Of a DNA stretch of 64,000 nt, positions 39,510 to 52,642 are shown piece after piece. The DNA comes from Octopus sinensis (lineage: Eukaryota), in the NCBI RefSeq assembly GCF_006345805.1, contig NC_043005.1:45818001-45882000 (forward strand). Direction: 5' to 3'. The first letter of the stretch is position 1; each line of letters opens with the position of its first letter. Position numbers and translations under genes: made by a program. The notes beneath the pieces are model-generated. The model had not been told where the DNA came from, ran no database searches, and saw only the letters and a program-made list of their open reading frames with translations.

Positions 39510-39674
39510 CTGTAAATAGATTAGCGACTGAGGTAGAGCTTCCAAACTGGGTTTCAAAATATTTTGGCAGGAAAGTAACAAATCCACTGACAATTGAGAA
39601 CTCACAACATATACCAAGGCAAGTGATGAGGTAAATGGAATTCTTTAGAAGGAGCCAAATAGATTTTGGTATAT
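39510..39674 (-). CDS. SLCO: SLCO coding exon
   Basis: ttctag acceptor, G|GTGAG donor; DIPKSIWLLLKNSIYLITCLGICCEFSIVSGFVTFLPKYFETQFGSSTSVANLFT. Confidence 0.94.
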
Positions 39675-40396
39675 CTAGAAACAAAAGAACAGTCATTTAT
39701 TTTATCTGGAAATCAAACAAGTAGCAATACATAATTATCATATTTTCTGGCCAAAATTTTCTGACCAAAATATACAGCCAAAAAAGGTAGGTTGACTTAC
39801 ACACCAAGACAGCTTTGGAAGAACAAAACTTCCATGTAGAATGTAACAGGATTTGGAAAGATAGAAACAGTATTTGAATGTTTACTCTATATAGTATGTT
39901 GTCTTGTATGCTGGAAAATATGGTTGGTATATGATTTTTTTTAGGGTACTGTTTTGATGCATTTTATAGAAGATACTGTGAGTTAGAAACAAAAAAAATC
40001 AAAGCAAAAAAAATCAAACTGATAAGATGCTAAAAAATACCAAGGTAAAATGTGTTTCTGTACCACCATTATGTTTGGATGATTGTAAACAAATGTTTGC
40101 TGAAGATGTTATATGTTGTTTTGCAGCTACAGGGCAGCTCAGATCTTTGTCAACATTGAACAACCATTTTCCATGCTACAGGCTAAACACCTTTGACTTT
40201 TTCCACCCATAAAGATTTTTCAGCCCAATATCTACATGCTTTTCTTTTATAGCTTTATGTGCTTCAAGATCCACTGTTCCATATAAAAAAAAGAATTATT
40301 TTACCGTCTCAAAAGTTTATAAATTCTTATGACATTGACAACGTACAATTCTTGTTGGTAAGAATAAAGTTATTAAAATGGATAAGGAAATTCAAA

Positions 40397-40471
40397 GGAT
40401 TGCTTTAGTTTCTAATGGCAGAACTACTGTCCTATCTACAGGAGATGTAGGTTCAAGTCCCATGGGTAGCC
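40397..40471 (+). pseudogene. Degenerate tRNA-like sequence
   Basis: 75 nt with D-arm-like TAGTTTCTAATGGCAGAAC, anticodon arm CTGT-CCTATCT-ACAG, T-loop GGTTCAAGTCC and an imperfect acceptor stem; followed by T-runs. The anticodon loop lacks U33, so identity cannot be called. Confidence 0.45.
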
Positions 40472-41056
40472 TTTAACTTTTTCTATCCAAAAGGGTTTCT
40501 CAATTTACATTCTACTATTCATAGCTTTGTGATTTGAGATCCACTACTCTAAAACATATGGCTGTGTGGTAAGAAGCTTGCTTCCCAATCACATGGTTCT
40601 GGGTTCAGTCCCACTGCATGGCACCTTGGGCAAATGTCTTGTACTATAGCCTTGAGCTGACCAAAACTTTGTGAATGGATTTGCCAGACGGAAACTAAAA
40701 GAAGCCCACTGTGTGTTTGTGTGAGTATGTATGTGTTACATGAAGCCCAGTTACAAATACAGCCGGCTATTACCAGTAAAGGTTTTAGTTGCCTGCCAAT
40801 TTTGTACAAGACCTTGTAGATCTTTAGCTGGGCTAAAAATTCACAATCGATCATAGCACCAGTAACAGTTAAGCTTCGTGCAATGGCCATACTCGATAAC
40901 GAGGGGGCAGCCATAAAAAAAGAAATATATATATATTATATATATATATATATTATATATATATATATATATTATATATATAGGATAAAATTTTCGAAAA
41001 AATTTTATCAATGGCCAGCATATTAGAAAAAATACCATTAAAGGTTAAATTTATAA

Positions 41057-41217
41057 ACAACTTATAAACAAGGGCAAAAGAAAAACATTTCAATGCCAAA
41101 TATGCCGAAATAGACTTAATCATCATCAATAACCATATAATTATATGGTTATTGATGATTAAGTCTATTTCGGCATATTTGGCATTGAAATTTCCTTTGT
41201 CCTTGTTTATAAGTTGT
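41057..41217. repeat. About 160-bp palindrome with no spacer
   Basis: Centre aaccatataa|ttatatggtt at 41140/41141; arms match apart from a 3-nt CAT bulge and a short diverged patch. Confidence 0.9.
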
Positions 41218-41293
<76 letters not shown>

Positions 41294-41366
41294 TTTATTT
41301 AAAGCAGCAGAAAATTCAACAAAACCTGTTACTCTGAGTTTCACGTTCTCATTCATTGGACAGTTG

Positions 41367-41406
<40 letters not shown>

Positions 41407-41416
41407 CACACAGACA

Positions 41417-42636
41417 CACACGGTGTGATGGGTAAATTGTTGCCATTTTATATTCTTAATTTTGCATATTGTTTTTGATTTTGTCAACTACACAATATAG
41501 TAGGGTCAGTTGGGCACCGTTTTTGAGAAAAACACCATCATGATGCGATTCACTCTGCCAGAAATTTGGAAATAATATGCTGTATTGCTTGGTATTCATA
41601 CCGGAACCTCTAATACGAACATTTCAGAGCGTTTGGGTGTCAATTTGAGGACAGTGCAGAGGATTCGGAAAGAGTTGGGTGAGTCTAATGGTGTTTATGA
41701 AGGTACAGCACCTCAGAAAACTCAGTCTGATCGTTCTGATAAGGAAAGAATTCCTGAATTTATTGGTGAGATCCAAGCCATGATTGACAACAATCCCTCC
41801 ATGTCAATCAGGTCTATCGCCAGGGATATGGGAGTGTCTGATTTTCTTATCAGTGCATGAAGACATTCGGTATTCCTCATGCAACATGAGAAAGGGCCAA
41901 TTTTAGTCCCAAGTCATCAAGGACAAGAGGAAAGACCATGCTACAAAGCTTTTGAACAAACTCAAGCATCCCCTCCAACTGAACATGCTTTGGTTTTTCT
42001 CAGATGAGAAAAATCTCTGCCAGGATCAGATGGTGAACACACAGAACAACCACTGGCTTACTGTGTCCCAAAAACATGCACCGAGAGTGATAAAAATCAA
42101 ACATCCAGTCAACATCATGGTGTTTGGAGTGATCACTAGTGATGGCGATGTTATACATCCATTCATCTTCCCACATGGCCTCAGACTCAACATGGAAGCC
42201 TACATCAAGTGCCTGGAGGGGGTAGTGCTGCTCTGGATCAAGAGGTTGGCTGCTGGAAGATCCTATTTCTGGTAACAAGACTCTGCACCATGCCGCACAA
42301 GCAGGAGAACCCAATAATGGTTGTCAGACAATTTCTGTAACCACATCACCCCTAACATCTGGCCACCTAACTCCCCAGACTGCAACCCCCTTGGTGGGGC
42401 ACAGTTGAGCGAGAGACCAACAAAACTCCTTGTAACACCAAAGATGAACTGAAGGCAAGAATTATGGCAGCATTCACCAACCTTAACAAGGAGACCATCC
42501 AGAAGAGATGCAGGAGATTCCGAAGTCATCTGGAGGCCATGGTTGAAGCCAATGGCAATTTTAGTGAATAAATTTATTCTGTCAGTGTTATTTTCATTTT
42601 TGTATAATTTAGATAATTTATTCACTGCATCTTGTA
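41417..42636 (+). mobile_element. Inactive Tc1/mariner-superfamily DD37D (maT-like) transposon
   Basis: Degenerate TIRs; FFSDEKN, QDSAPC and WPPNSPDCNPL motifs with 37 residues from the second D to the damaged third-D position; stops and frameshifts. Confidence 0.85.
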
Positions 42637-43458
42637 TATGTGTGTGTCTTTGTTTGTCCCCACCACAACCTCTTAACAACTGGTGTTGGTGTGTTTGTGC
42701 TCGGCAAAAGAGACTGATAGAATAAGTACTAGGCTTTAAAAAACAAGTCCTGGGGTCAATTTGTTCGACTAAAACCCTTCAAGGCAGTGCTCCAGTATGG
42801 CCACAGTCAAATGACTGGAACAAGTAAAAGAATAAAAGAATACACACACACACAAAATCGAATGAATAACATTGTTTATTTAAAATCACTACAATTGTTT
42901 CAACACATTTTTACACTCATAGTACATTGGTGAGATGTGTAAAAAACAAGGTATAAAAAACACTTCTTCAAGTGACAATTTAAATATGTCCTTTGTTAGA
43001 TCCTACCACCATTTCACTCAGTGAGAATGCATACCCGAAATATATAAACTCTATATAAATCCAATGGATATTATGGAATGCCTGATGTTTATCCTGGAGC
43101 AGGAGCATTTCCACAGTATGATGACATCGAGTAGCCAAAACTGGACAAGCTTCTATGAAGTTTTTACTCACATCTTATTTACCGGCATATATATATTCTT
43201 TTATTCTTTTACTTGTTTCAGTCATTTGACTGTGGCCATGCTGGAGCACTACCTTATACATGTCTTATATATATATATTCTCTTATTTATTTCAGTCATT
43301 TGGCTGCAGCCATACCGGTGCACTGCCTTAAAGGGTTATAATTAAAGAAATCAACCCCAGGACTTATTCTTTGTAAGCCTAGTACTTATTCTATCGACCT
43401 CTTTTGCCAAACTGCTGAGTTACAGGGACAAACAAAGACACACATACATAAATACATG

Positions 43459-43490
<32 letters not shown>

Positions 43491-44360
43491 ACTGGCTTCT
43501 TTCAGTTTCCGTCTACCAAATCCACTCACAAGGCTTTGGTCGGCCTGAGAGTAGAAGACACTTGGCCAAAGCGCCATGCAGTGGAACTGAACCTGGAACC
43601 ATGTGGTTGTGAAACAAGCTTCTTACCACACAGCTTGGGGGTGAATGTTTACTAGTAAAGCTACCTACCAGCTACCATAATCCAACATGTGACTAATCAC
43701 AGTACATCTGTCAGCCTATCGGACTATAATAGAACACAGAAAACTGACTCATACCATATCTGATAAAAGATATCTGACCACAAAATATCCATATCACCCT
43801 ATTGAAAATTATTTATACATGGTTCGTGGAACAACTTTTTATCATTTTCGCTATTATATTTGCAACAGTTGCTATTTCTGTTGTTGCTCTAAATAATTGT
43901 AACTGTTTGTTGTAGTTGTTACAGTTGCTGCAGTTATATTCTGCTAGTTGCTGTGGTGATGGTATTGGTGGTGGTGGTGGTGGTGGTGATGGTGGTGGAT
44001 GTGGTGATGGTTGTTGTCAGGAATATTGAATTGGTACCCAAAAGGAAATGTATTATTAGCAATCCATAGTATCCTGAGCTCAAAACAGCTGGGAGATTGT
44101 TTATAATAAATTTTCAGAGCCAGTGAGTCATTCGGCTTATACACTTAGTGTAAGAGAAGGAACAGCATTTAGAGGCACAAGTGCGGCCGTGTAGTAAAGA
44201 AGTTTGCTTCCTAGCCACATGGTTCTAGGTTCAGTCCCACTAAGTAGCAGCTTGGTCAAGTGTCTTCTAATAAAGCCTCAGTCTCACAACAGCCCTGTGA
44301 GTGGATTTGACAGATGGAAACTGAAAGAAGCCGGTTGTGTTTGTGTCTATACATATATCT

Positions 44361-45332
44361 ATCATCATCGTTTAACGTCCGCTTTCCATGCTAGCATGGG
44401 TTGGACGGTTCAACTGGGGTCTGGCGAGCCCGAAGGCTGCACCAGGCCAGTCAGATCTGGCAGTGTTTCTACAGCTGGATGCCCTTCCTAACGCCAACCA
44501 CTCCGAAAGTGTAGTGGGTGATTTTATGTGCCACCGACACAGGTGCCAGACAAGGCTGGCAGACGGCCACGCTCAGATGGTGTTTTTTATGTGCCACCGA
44601 CACAGGTGCCAGACGAGGCTGGCAGACGGCCACGCTCGGATGGTGTTTTCGGTGTTTTCTTATGTGCCACCGACACAGGTGCCAGACGAGGCTGGCGAAC
44701 GGCCACAATCAGATGGTGTTTGTTACGTGCCCACAGCATGGAGGCCAGTCGATGCGGTACTGGCTACGGTCCCGTTCGGATGGTTTTCTTATGTGCCACC
44801 GGCACTGGTACCACAAGGATACAAATTCCATTGATGTTCATCTATTTTGATTTGGTTTGATTTGATTTGATTTTCACTTGCCTCAACAGGTCTTCACAAG
44901 TGTCACAAGCAGGAAGGTATGCACAGGTAGACTGACTACGTCCCAGGTAGGGGCCACGGGTTATGGCTTCACTAGTCTTGCCGGGTCTTCTCACGCACAG
45001 CATACTTCCATAGGTCTCGGTCTCTAGTCATTTCCATGGTGAGACCTAACGTTCGAAGGTCGTGCTTCACCACCTTGTCCCAGGTTTTCCTGGGTCTGCC
45101 TCTTCCACGGGTTCCCTCAACTGCTAGGGATTGGCACTTTCTCACACACCTATCTTCATCCATTCTCGCCACTAGACCATACCAGCGCAATCGTCTCTCT
45201 TGCACACCACAACTGATGCTTCTTAGGTACAACATTTCTCTCAAGGAACTAACACTCTGTCGAGTAAGTACACTGACATTACACATCCATCGGAGCATAC
45301 TGGCTTCATTCCTCATGAGCTTACGCATGTCA
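44361..45332 (-). mobile_element. 5'-truncated RTE LINE: ORF end, 3' UTR with internal tandem repeats and (GAT)n tail
   Basis: EASMLRWMC...QERRLRWYG...RGRGRPRKTW (RTE/BovB-type C-terminus); the UTR ends aacgatgatgat. Many short copies of this tail occur across the window. Confidence 0.9.
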
Positions 45333-45619
45333 TATTATATATATATATGCATAAATATAGATATCTATGTGCATGCATTTTTGTTTGTCCCCTATCACTG
45401 CTTCACAACTGGTGTTGGTGAATTTACATCTCCATAACTTAGTGGTTTGGCAAAAATGGTTGCTAGAACAAATACCAGAATTTAAAGAAAAATAAATATT
45501 GGGATCAATTTATTCAACTAAAAATCCTTCAATTTCGATTTTTATTACCGCACAGCCCAAGCTTGGAAAGAAATGAAGCAAGCATGCTTTGTTCAATGTA
45601 TAGAGTCAGTCTGCATGGG

Positions 45620-45850
45620 TGATGGGCTGCACTTGTGCTTAGAGAAAAACTGTGTATTACAGGTATCAATCAGCTGTAGTGTGCAAGAGAGAAGACTATG
45701 GACCATGTGGATGAGAGTGCAGGAAAAAGTGTGAAATGATGCTAGAGGAAGAAGCCTGTGGAAGAAAAGGAGGAGAATCAAAGAAGTTGGTAGGAGGAAG
45801 TGGTGAATTCCAGTCTGGGGATGTGTAGCATCGCAAAAGAAATGATGAAG
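45620..45850 (+). mobile_element. Older RTE LINE 3' ORF remnant
   Basis: Degenerate similarity to the 44972-45328 peptide (LREKL...QERRL..., EEACGR). Confidence 0.5.
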
Positions 45851-46348
45851 CACCATGATAAGTGAGAAGATGCAATGCTGAATCATACATACAAACCTTT
45901 TGCCAGAACAGGAAAGTAGACACAAAAATGATGAGCTGATGATGATGATGTTGGTGGTGTGATAATGACAATGATGGTGATGCTTATAATGGTAGTGATG
46001 ATGATGATAATGGTGATGATGATGATGACAATGGTGGTGAAACTGAAGACGATATTGTTGGTTTATAAAATAAGAATGGACACAAACCAAAAACAATTGT
46101 GAAATTGCTGAACGCCAAAAGGCAATGGAATCAAGACCAACTCTTTAATACTCCCACAGTGCATATGAATTATTCAATAATTTACATCATAATCTGGAGC
46201 CTTAGAACTCATTAAACATCATATCCTGGAACTGACATTCCATTTGACCAGATATAACCAACCTAATGCTATGTTAAAGCAATTGGATCATATATTTTAA
46301 CCCTTCTTTTATTGCCTTTCAGTCGACACATACATGCCATTGGAAAGA

Positions 46349-46388
<40 letters not shown>

Positions 46389-46434
46389 GTAATACACCGA
46401 TTGATTTTGTGATTGAACAAGGGGATTTAAAAGA

Positions 46435-47010
46435 ACAGTGGTCTGATCAATAAGTATCCAGACTGTTGCCATAGTAACGAAGCTAAAGAATGCAGAGTGA
46501 AGCTGCTTGGCACAGATTGACCTTGAACTCTGCTCTGTGTGTGCATTAAGTTTCAATGTTCTAGCTCACTTCTGCTGTTTACAGCAATGCTTGGAGGGAA
46601 GGTGTGTAGCATGTGACTGTTGCATTGACCATGACACAGAATGTTGAGCAGAGAACCTACATCAAATTTTGCCAAAAGCTTGGCGATACCTGCTCAGAGA
46701 CCTGTGCAAATTTTTCATCGTTCTCAACACAATCAAGATCTTGTGCAACTGAAACCTGAGTGTCTTCTTGGTCAGCTGAAAGCAGTTTTGGCACAAACTT
46801 GGCAGACATGCATCTCATACACAAATCTTCAGTGATAATGGACTGAACTGAACAGTAACTAATCTGTACATCCTCTGATAACTCACATGATTTCCCTTCA
46901 GAGCTGCACGCACATCTGCAATGTTTTTCTCAGTTCTGCTGCTCGCAGTTCTCCCAAAATGTTTGTCAATATCAACATTTTTTCTGCCATTTTGGAAACA
47001 TCTGAACTTG
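46435..47010. mobile_element. Rearranged mariner fragment with an internal inversion
   Basis: TIR-like ggtctgatcaataagtatccagac; + strand MTQNVEQRTYIKFCQKLGDTCSET from 46631; from about 46710 the transposase continues on the - strand (FRCFQNGRKNV...MSAKFVPKLLSADQ). Confidence 0.8.
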
Positions 47011-47613
47011 CCTGTACTAGTGCCACGTAAAATGCACTCTGTCCACTCTACAGGGCAGTTGATGTTAGGAGAGCGTCCAGCCATAAAAACCATGCCGAAC
47101 AGACACAGCAACCTGGAGTAATCTTCTTTCTATTTGGCTGGCTCCTGTCAAACTGTCCATCTTATGCCAGCATGGAAGACAGACGTTAAATGATGATAAT
47201 GATGATGACTGGCAAAATCAATTAAGCCAACACTTTGAAGTCACTGTCAACCTTTTCCTTGTTAAGATAAACTATAGAAAAAGAAAAAAAAAGAAAGAAA
47301 AAACACACACACATGTGTGTCTTTTATCTCTCTTTTGCTGGTTTCAGCCATTGGACTGTGGACACACTGGGGCACTATCTTGAAGGGATTAGTTGTATGA
47401 ATCGACCCCAGTTGTAATTTCTTTTTTAAGCCAGGTATTTATTTTTGTCAGGGATCTTTTGCTGAAATGCTAAGTTACAGGAATGTAAACAAACCATCTC
47501 CAGTCGTCAAGCAGTGGTGGGGAGCAAACACAAAGAGAAACACAAACACCCATGTGTGTGTGTGTGTGCATCATCAACATTTGATGTCTGCTTTCCATGC
47601 TGGCATTGGTTTG

Positions 47614-47675
<62 letters not shown>

Positions 47676-47689
47676 TATATATATATGGA

Positions 47690-48005
47690 GCACTCCATCG
47701 GTTACGATGTCGAAGGTCCCAGCTGATACGATCAACGGAACAGCCTGCTTGTGAAATTAACGTGCAAGTGACTGATCAATCCACAGACACGCGTACCCCT
47801 AATGTAGTTCTGAGGGAGATTCAGCGTGACACAGAGTGTGACAAGGCTGGCCCTTTGAAATATAAGTACAACTCATTTTCGCCAGCTGAGTGGACTGGAG
47901 CAACATGAAATAAAGTGTCTTGCTCAAGGAGACAACGCATCGCCGGGAATCGAACTCACAACCTTACAATCATGAGCCGAATGCCCTAACCACTAAGCCA
48001 CGTGC
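47690..48005 (-). mobile_element. tRNA-derived SINE
   Basis: Reverse complement begins gcacgtggcttagtggttagggcattcggctcatgattgtaaggttgtgagttcgattcc (A and B boxes). Confidence 0.75.
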
Positions 48006-51000
48006 CTTCTCATACACACACACACATAATTATACACACGCATCCACACACCGACGCTGTTGCCACGTAAAAAGCACCCACGGCGTTAGGAAGGGCATGC
48101 AGCTGCAGAAATCTTGCCAAAACAGACAACTAAAGCCTGGTGCAATCTTCCAGCTTGACAGCTCCTATCAAACTGTCCAACCCATGCCAGCTTGGAAAAT
48201 GGACATTAAATAATGATGATGGTGGTGGTGGTGGTGTGTGTATGCATGTGTGTGTGTGTGTGTGTGTATGTGTATCTTGAACGGAAACCATTTACTATTT
48301 TGCTCAAAGAATACATTATACAATATAGCAGGAGTTAGGCAACAATGTTAAAAAAAAATACATATGTCATAAAACAGCAAATTTGATGAGGAAACGTGAG
48401 AAGAGGAAGTAAGAAGACAGATAGAAAATGGGCAGGAAAGGTAAGAAGAAAAGAGAAGAATTAGGAAAAAAAATTAGGTAAAAACAGAAAGAAAGAATGG
48501 GAACATTATGTATATAAATATGCATGTTATATATTTGTCTGCTGTGTGTGTATATAAATATTTATATGTAGATCCACATCCATATATATACTCACATATA
48601 TATATGTGTTGTGTGTATAAATATTCATATGTTCGTACACATCCCCGTATCAGTCAGACCATCAGATGCTGTTATACACTGCTGATCACAATGCACTTGC
48701 AATTTTGGTGGGATTGTGTCGCTTTTCCATCTTCACCCAAACTGTTTAACTAAATCGTCTTCTCAGACATGTATGTATTCACAGATATGTGTATAGTGTG
48801 TGTATATAAATATTTATATGCACATCCACATACATACATATATATATATATATACACACACAGGCATATGTATTGTGTGTATAAATATTTATATGTGTAT
48901 ATACATATATATATTCATAGATATGTGTGCATTGCGCAAGTATATAAATATTTATATGTACATTCTCATAACATAGAAATATGTGTGTATAAATAATTAT
49001 ATGTACATACATATACATACAACATATGTGTATGTGTGTGTGTGTGTGCATGAATATTTTTATGTACATATAAAGATGTATACTTAGATATATGTGTGGG
49101 TGAGAGTTGTGTGTGTATAAATATTTATATGTATATACATGCATGCACACACATATATATAGTGAGAGAAAGAGAGGCATGTGCATACATGTGTGTGTGT
49201 GTACAATATCTGTTGAAAGTTTGCTGACTTAGCAGCATTGTTTAATTTTAATTTCTCGCTAATAATGTCTCATATCAAAGTCATATTATTCCATTCTACT
49301 AACTTCCGAGAGAGAGAGAGAGACAGTCAGAGCCAGATAGATAGATAGATGGTTTGAGAGAGAAATACAGGCAGAGAAGCAGTATATATCTCACACCCTA
49401 ATTTTCAATGTTTATTTTTAAACAAATTCCCACATCGGCTATTATTAAATATTTCCTCCAGCCTTTATGCTGTATATGCAGTTTAATTTTTTTTCTCATT
49501 TTATTTTCATTAATAAATATAACTACATACTTTTTTTGAAATTTTTCTTTCATCCCATTTCCCACTTTTTACATCCATTTTCAGACGCCAATATGAGTAA
49601 CATAGCTTGGCAACTTAAATAATTGGATTTTTTATTATTCACTTTTATTTTTAGTCCATTTCATTTTATGGCTTTTAATCAAGTCAACTGAAATTGAGAG
49701 GGTCATAGTCTGGATATTTTTTTATCTTTTATTTGTTTCAGTCATTGGACTTTGGCCATGCTGGGGTACCGTCTTGAAGGGGTTTCATCCCACCAAAATT
49801 GACCTCAGTACTTGCTATTTTTTTTTTAAGTTTGGTAATTATTTTATCAGTCTCTCTTGCTGAGTCATTAAGTCACAGAAATGTAAACAAACCAATACTA
49901 GTTGCTAAGTGGTGAGGGAAGGCAAACACAAACACATGCATGTGTGTGAGAGAAAAAGAAAGAGAGAGAAAAAGAGAGAAGGATAGAGAGAGAGAGAAGG
50001 AGAGGTAGTTTGCTTATGCTTGTCTCAATGACTGTTTTTAAGTCCATACTTCTCATAAAGCAGTGATCTTTGACAATGTATCATAATCCAACAAAGAGTA
50101 CCAGACTTAAAAAGAGAAAAAAAAAAGTACTAGGATCAAAAGGATTAAGTTAAAATCCTTCAAGATGGTGCTCTGACATGGCCACATTCCAGTGACTGAA
50201 AGATGTAAAAGAATATAAAGGTAAATGAAATCCACTCTGGACTTCACCAGTTTCTTATAAACAGCAGCCATAACTACCTCCAGTTATATGTGCTCTTAGA
50301 ACATGAAGGAAGGACACATCAGGTAATGTGTTCCTGGGAAAATGATGGAATAGTTTCAACTGGAATGGCTTTGATCAAAAGTCTTCTCGATCAGAGCTGA
50401 CTTGTGGCCAAAATAGCCATAGCAACTAACATCAAATAAGGTTGATTATTAGTCTTCTGGTAATTCTTTGATATAAGAATTTCTAATTGAATAAAACTGA
50501 GCCGATCCTGAAAGCGTCTCCACATAAACTGGCCTAAAAAAACACCAAGATTCACTAAATACAATCAGCAACATCATCATCATTTAACTCCATTTTTCAT
50601 GCTGGCATGGGTTAAACAGTTTGACAGGAGCTGATAAGGCTAAGAGCTGATAAGGCCAGGAGCAGCACCAGGTTCCACTGTCTGCAGTGGGATACCCTTC
50701 TTAATGCCAGCCACTTTACAGAGTGTACTGGGTGCTTGCTATGTGGAACCATCACCAGTGCTTTTTATGTGGCACCATCACCAGTGCTTTTTATGATGCA
50801 TCATCACCAGCGCTTTATACATGATACCAGGTATATAACATTGATTTTCTGGAACCTTTGCTTCCAAAGCCATTCCAGGTCACTGATTTTTCTAAACTGG
50901 GGGTGGTCACCTTTAACTTAAACAATACTAAATTTACTTAAATAATTAAATCAAATATAAGTACTTGTACATTAGTATAGTGTACTGTGCAAGGTTCAGT

Positions 51001-52071
51001 GAAACAGGGCCACTCAGTAAACTGGTCTGGCAGCCATGGGATTTTGAAATTCCTGCTCTTAAATCAGAGCAGATTATAAGAGGTTCAAGACTATCAGCAC
51101 CTGGAAAGCTGGTGTTGTATCTATACTATATTTTTCATTTTGTACTGTTTATATATCATGTATTTTGTGAACAAGAGCACAATTCTGTTACAGGTTTGCA
51201 ATGCACCAACCATTGGTTTATTGCATTTTTGATGGCAAAACCAACAAAGGAGTGTCTGTGCTGCTTTGACAATAAATACTATGAAGCGTTATTTCAACTA
51301 TCAGTTTCTTTATAATTTTCTTGCCAATGTGCCCCACCCATCCCAGGATATTTCTTTAGTTATGTGCACTGCATCACAACATCACTAGTGCCAGTAGCAT
51401 GAAAAAAAAAGCCCTCAGTCCATCCTATGAAGTGGTTGCCATTAGGAAAGGAATCCGGAATCCAACTGTAGAAACTATGCCAAAACATACACTAGAGCAT
51501 GAGGCAGTCCTTAGACCCATCAGATCCTGTCAAACCATCTAGCATGGGCCATGGCTGTTAAATGAAGATGATGATGATACACATATACACAATCATATTT
51601 ACATACATAATTATACACATCCATCCATCCATCCCTGAATAAACTGCTTTGAAATCCCAAGCTTTTATATCTGGATTACAAATTTACATTTGTACCAATA
51701 ATAATTGGTGCACTTGGTTTTGTAAGTAAATACATAACTGTCAGTCTGTATAAGGTAATATTTTCAGAATAAGAAATCGACCAACTGACTCACACATTAC
51801 AAATACAATCTGTAAGCAGAACAGTAAAACTATGCAAGACTCTCCTTAGGTTTAAAATGTAACATTGTTTTCTTAACCTACATTCCAAAGATGGAATTTT
51901 ATATCTTTGTTAGAAACCAGTACCTTCTTCAGAGAAAGAAATTTTGATAATTAAATACAGAAGTAAAAAAAAATACATGTATTTATGTATATAAATGACA
52001 AAAATTATTATAATATTTATCAATAATGGTGCTGAGGAGAGGTGAAAGAGCAGTAAATATTAATAACTTAC

Positions 52072-52383
52072 CTTTTATGGTTCGGCCATATTCTTTATTG
52101 GCTTCCTGATCTTCCTCATTAAGAAGAAGCTCTTTGCTTTTGTTTTCCAAAATTTTGCGCTTTTCTCTACTGAGGACTTTTGGGAATGCAAAAAATGGAA
52201 GGGACATCAGGATTAGAACTACTCCACAGATGATGAAGCCACCCCACCAGGCCCCAATCCAACGAGGATCTGAAGGGGTCAGAGAAACATTGTAGGAAAA
52301 CAAATCAACATAAAACTGCAAGAGTAGAGCTCCAAGGGCATAACCAACAACTGGACCCAATGCAGCGGTCGCATAGATGAATG
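52072..52383 (-). CDS. SLCO: SLCO/OATP organic anion transporter coding exon (most 5' exon in window); resembles invertebrate Oatp30B-type proteins
   Basis: tttttag acceptor, G|GTAAGT donor; AFIYATAALGPVVGYALG...DPRWIGAWWGGF...FFAFPKVLSREKRKI contains the OATP signature D-x-RW(I/V)GAWW-x-G(F/L). Subfamily not assignable without phylogeny. Confidence 0.95.
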
Positions 52384-52590
52384 CTAAAAAAACAGAAAAG
52401 AGAGAAAATGTGAAAAATAAAAATATTTCAAACATACATACATAGCACATAAATATTAATCAATAGTTGCTGGAATGATTACAGCATTATGCAAGACAGA
52501 TTATACTAAATAATGATGAAATGCATGTAACTGATGTATTAAAATAATTTGCTAACTTTGTTCTTCAGTACTTGCAAAATTTGTCCTTAC

Positions 52591-52636
<46 letters not shown>

Positions 52637-52642
<6 letters not shown>

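Noticed and set aside
40020-40550. NUMT (mitochondrial insertion)
   Set aside because: No recognisable mitochondrial protein or rRNA sequence, and the tRNA-like part has a full-length canonical T-loop unlike typical metazoan mitochondrial tRNAs. Kept only as an unexplained island.
42880-43060. Further hammerhead-like fragments (ctatgag...gaaac on minus; cagtgag...cgaaa on plus)
   Set aside because: The core and stems are too degenerate to support.
45593-46096. Poly-His 167-aa ORF (also 43944-44144, 31122-31436)
   Set aside because: (CAT/CAC)n microsatellite plus an antisense RTE remnant.
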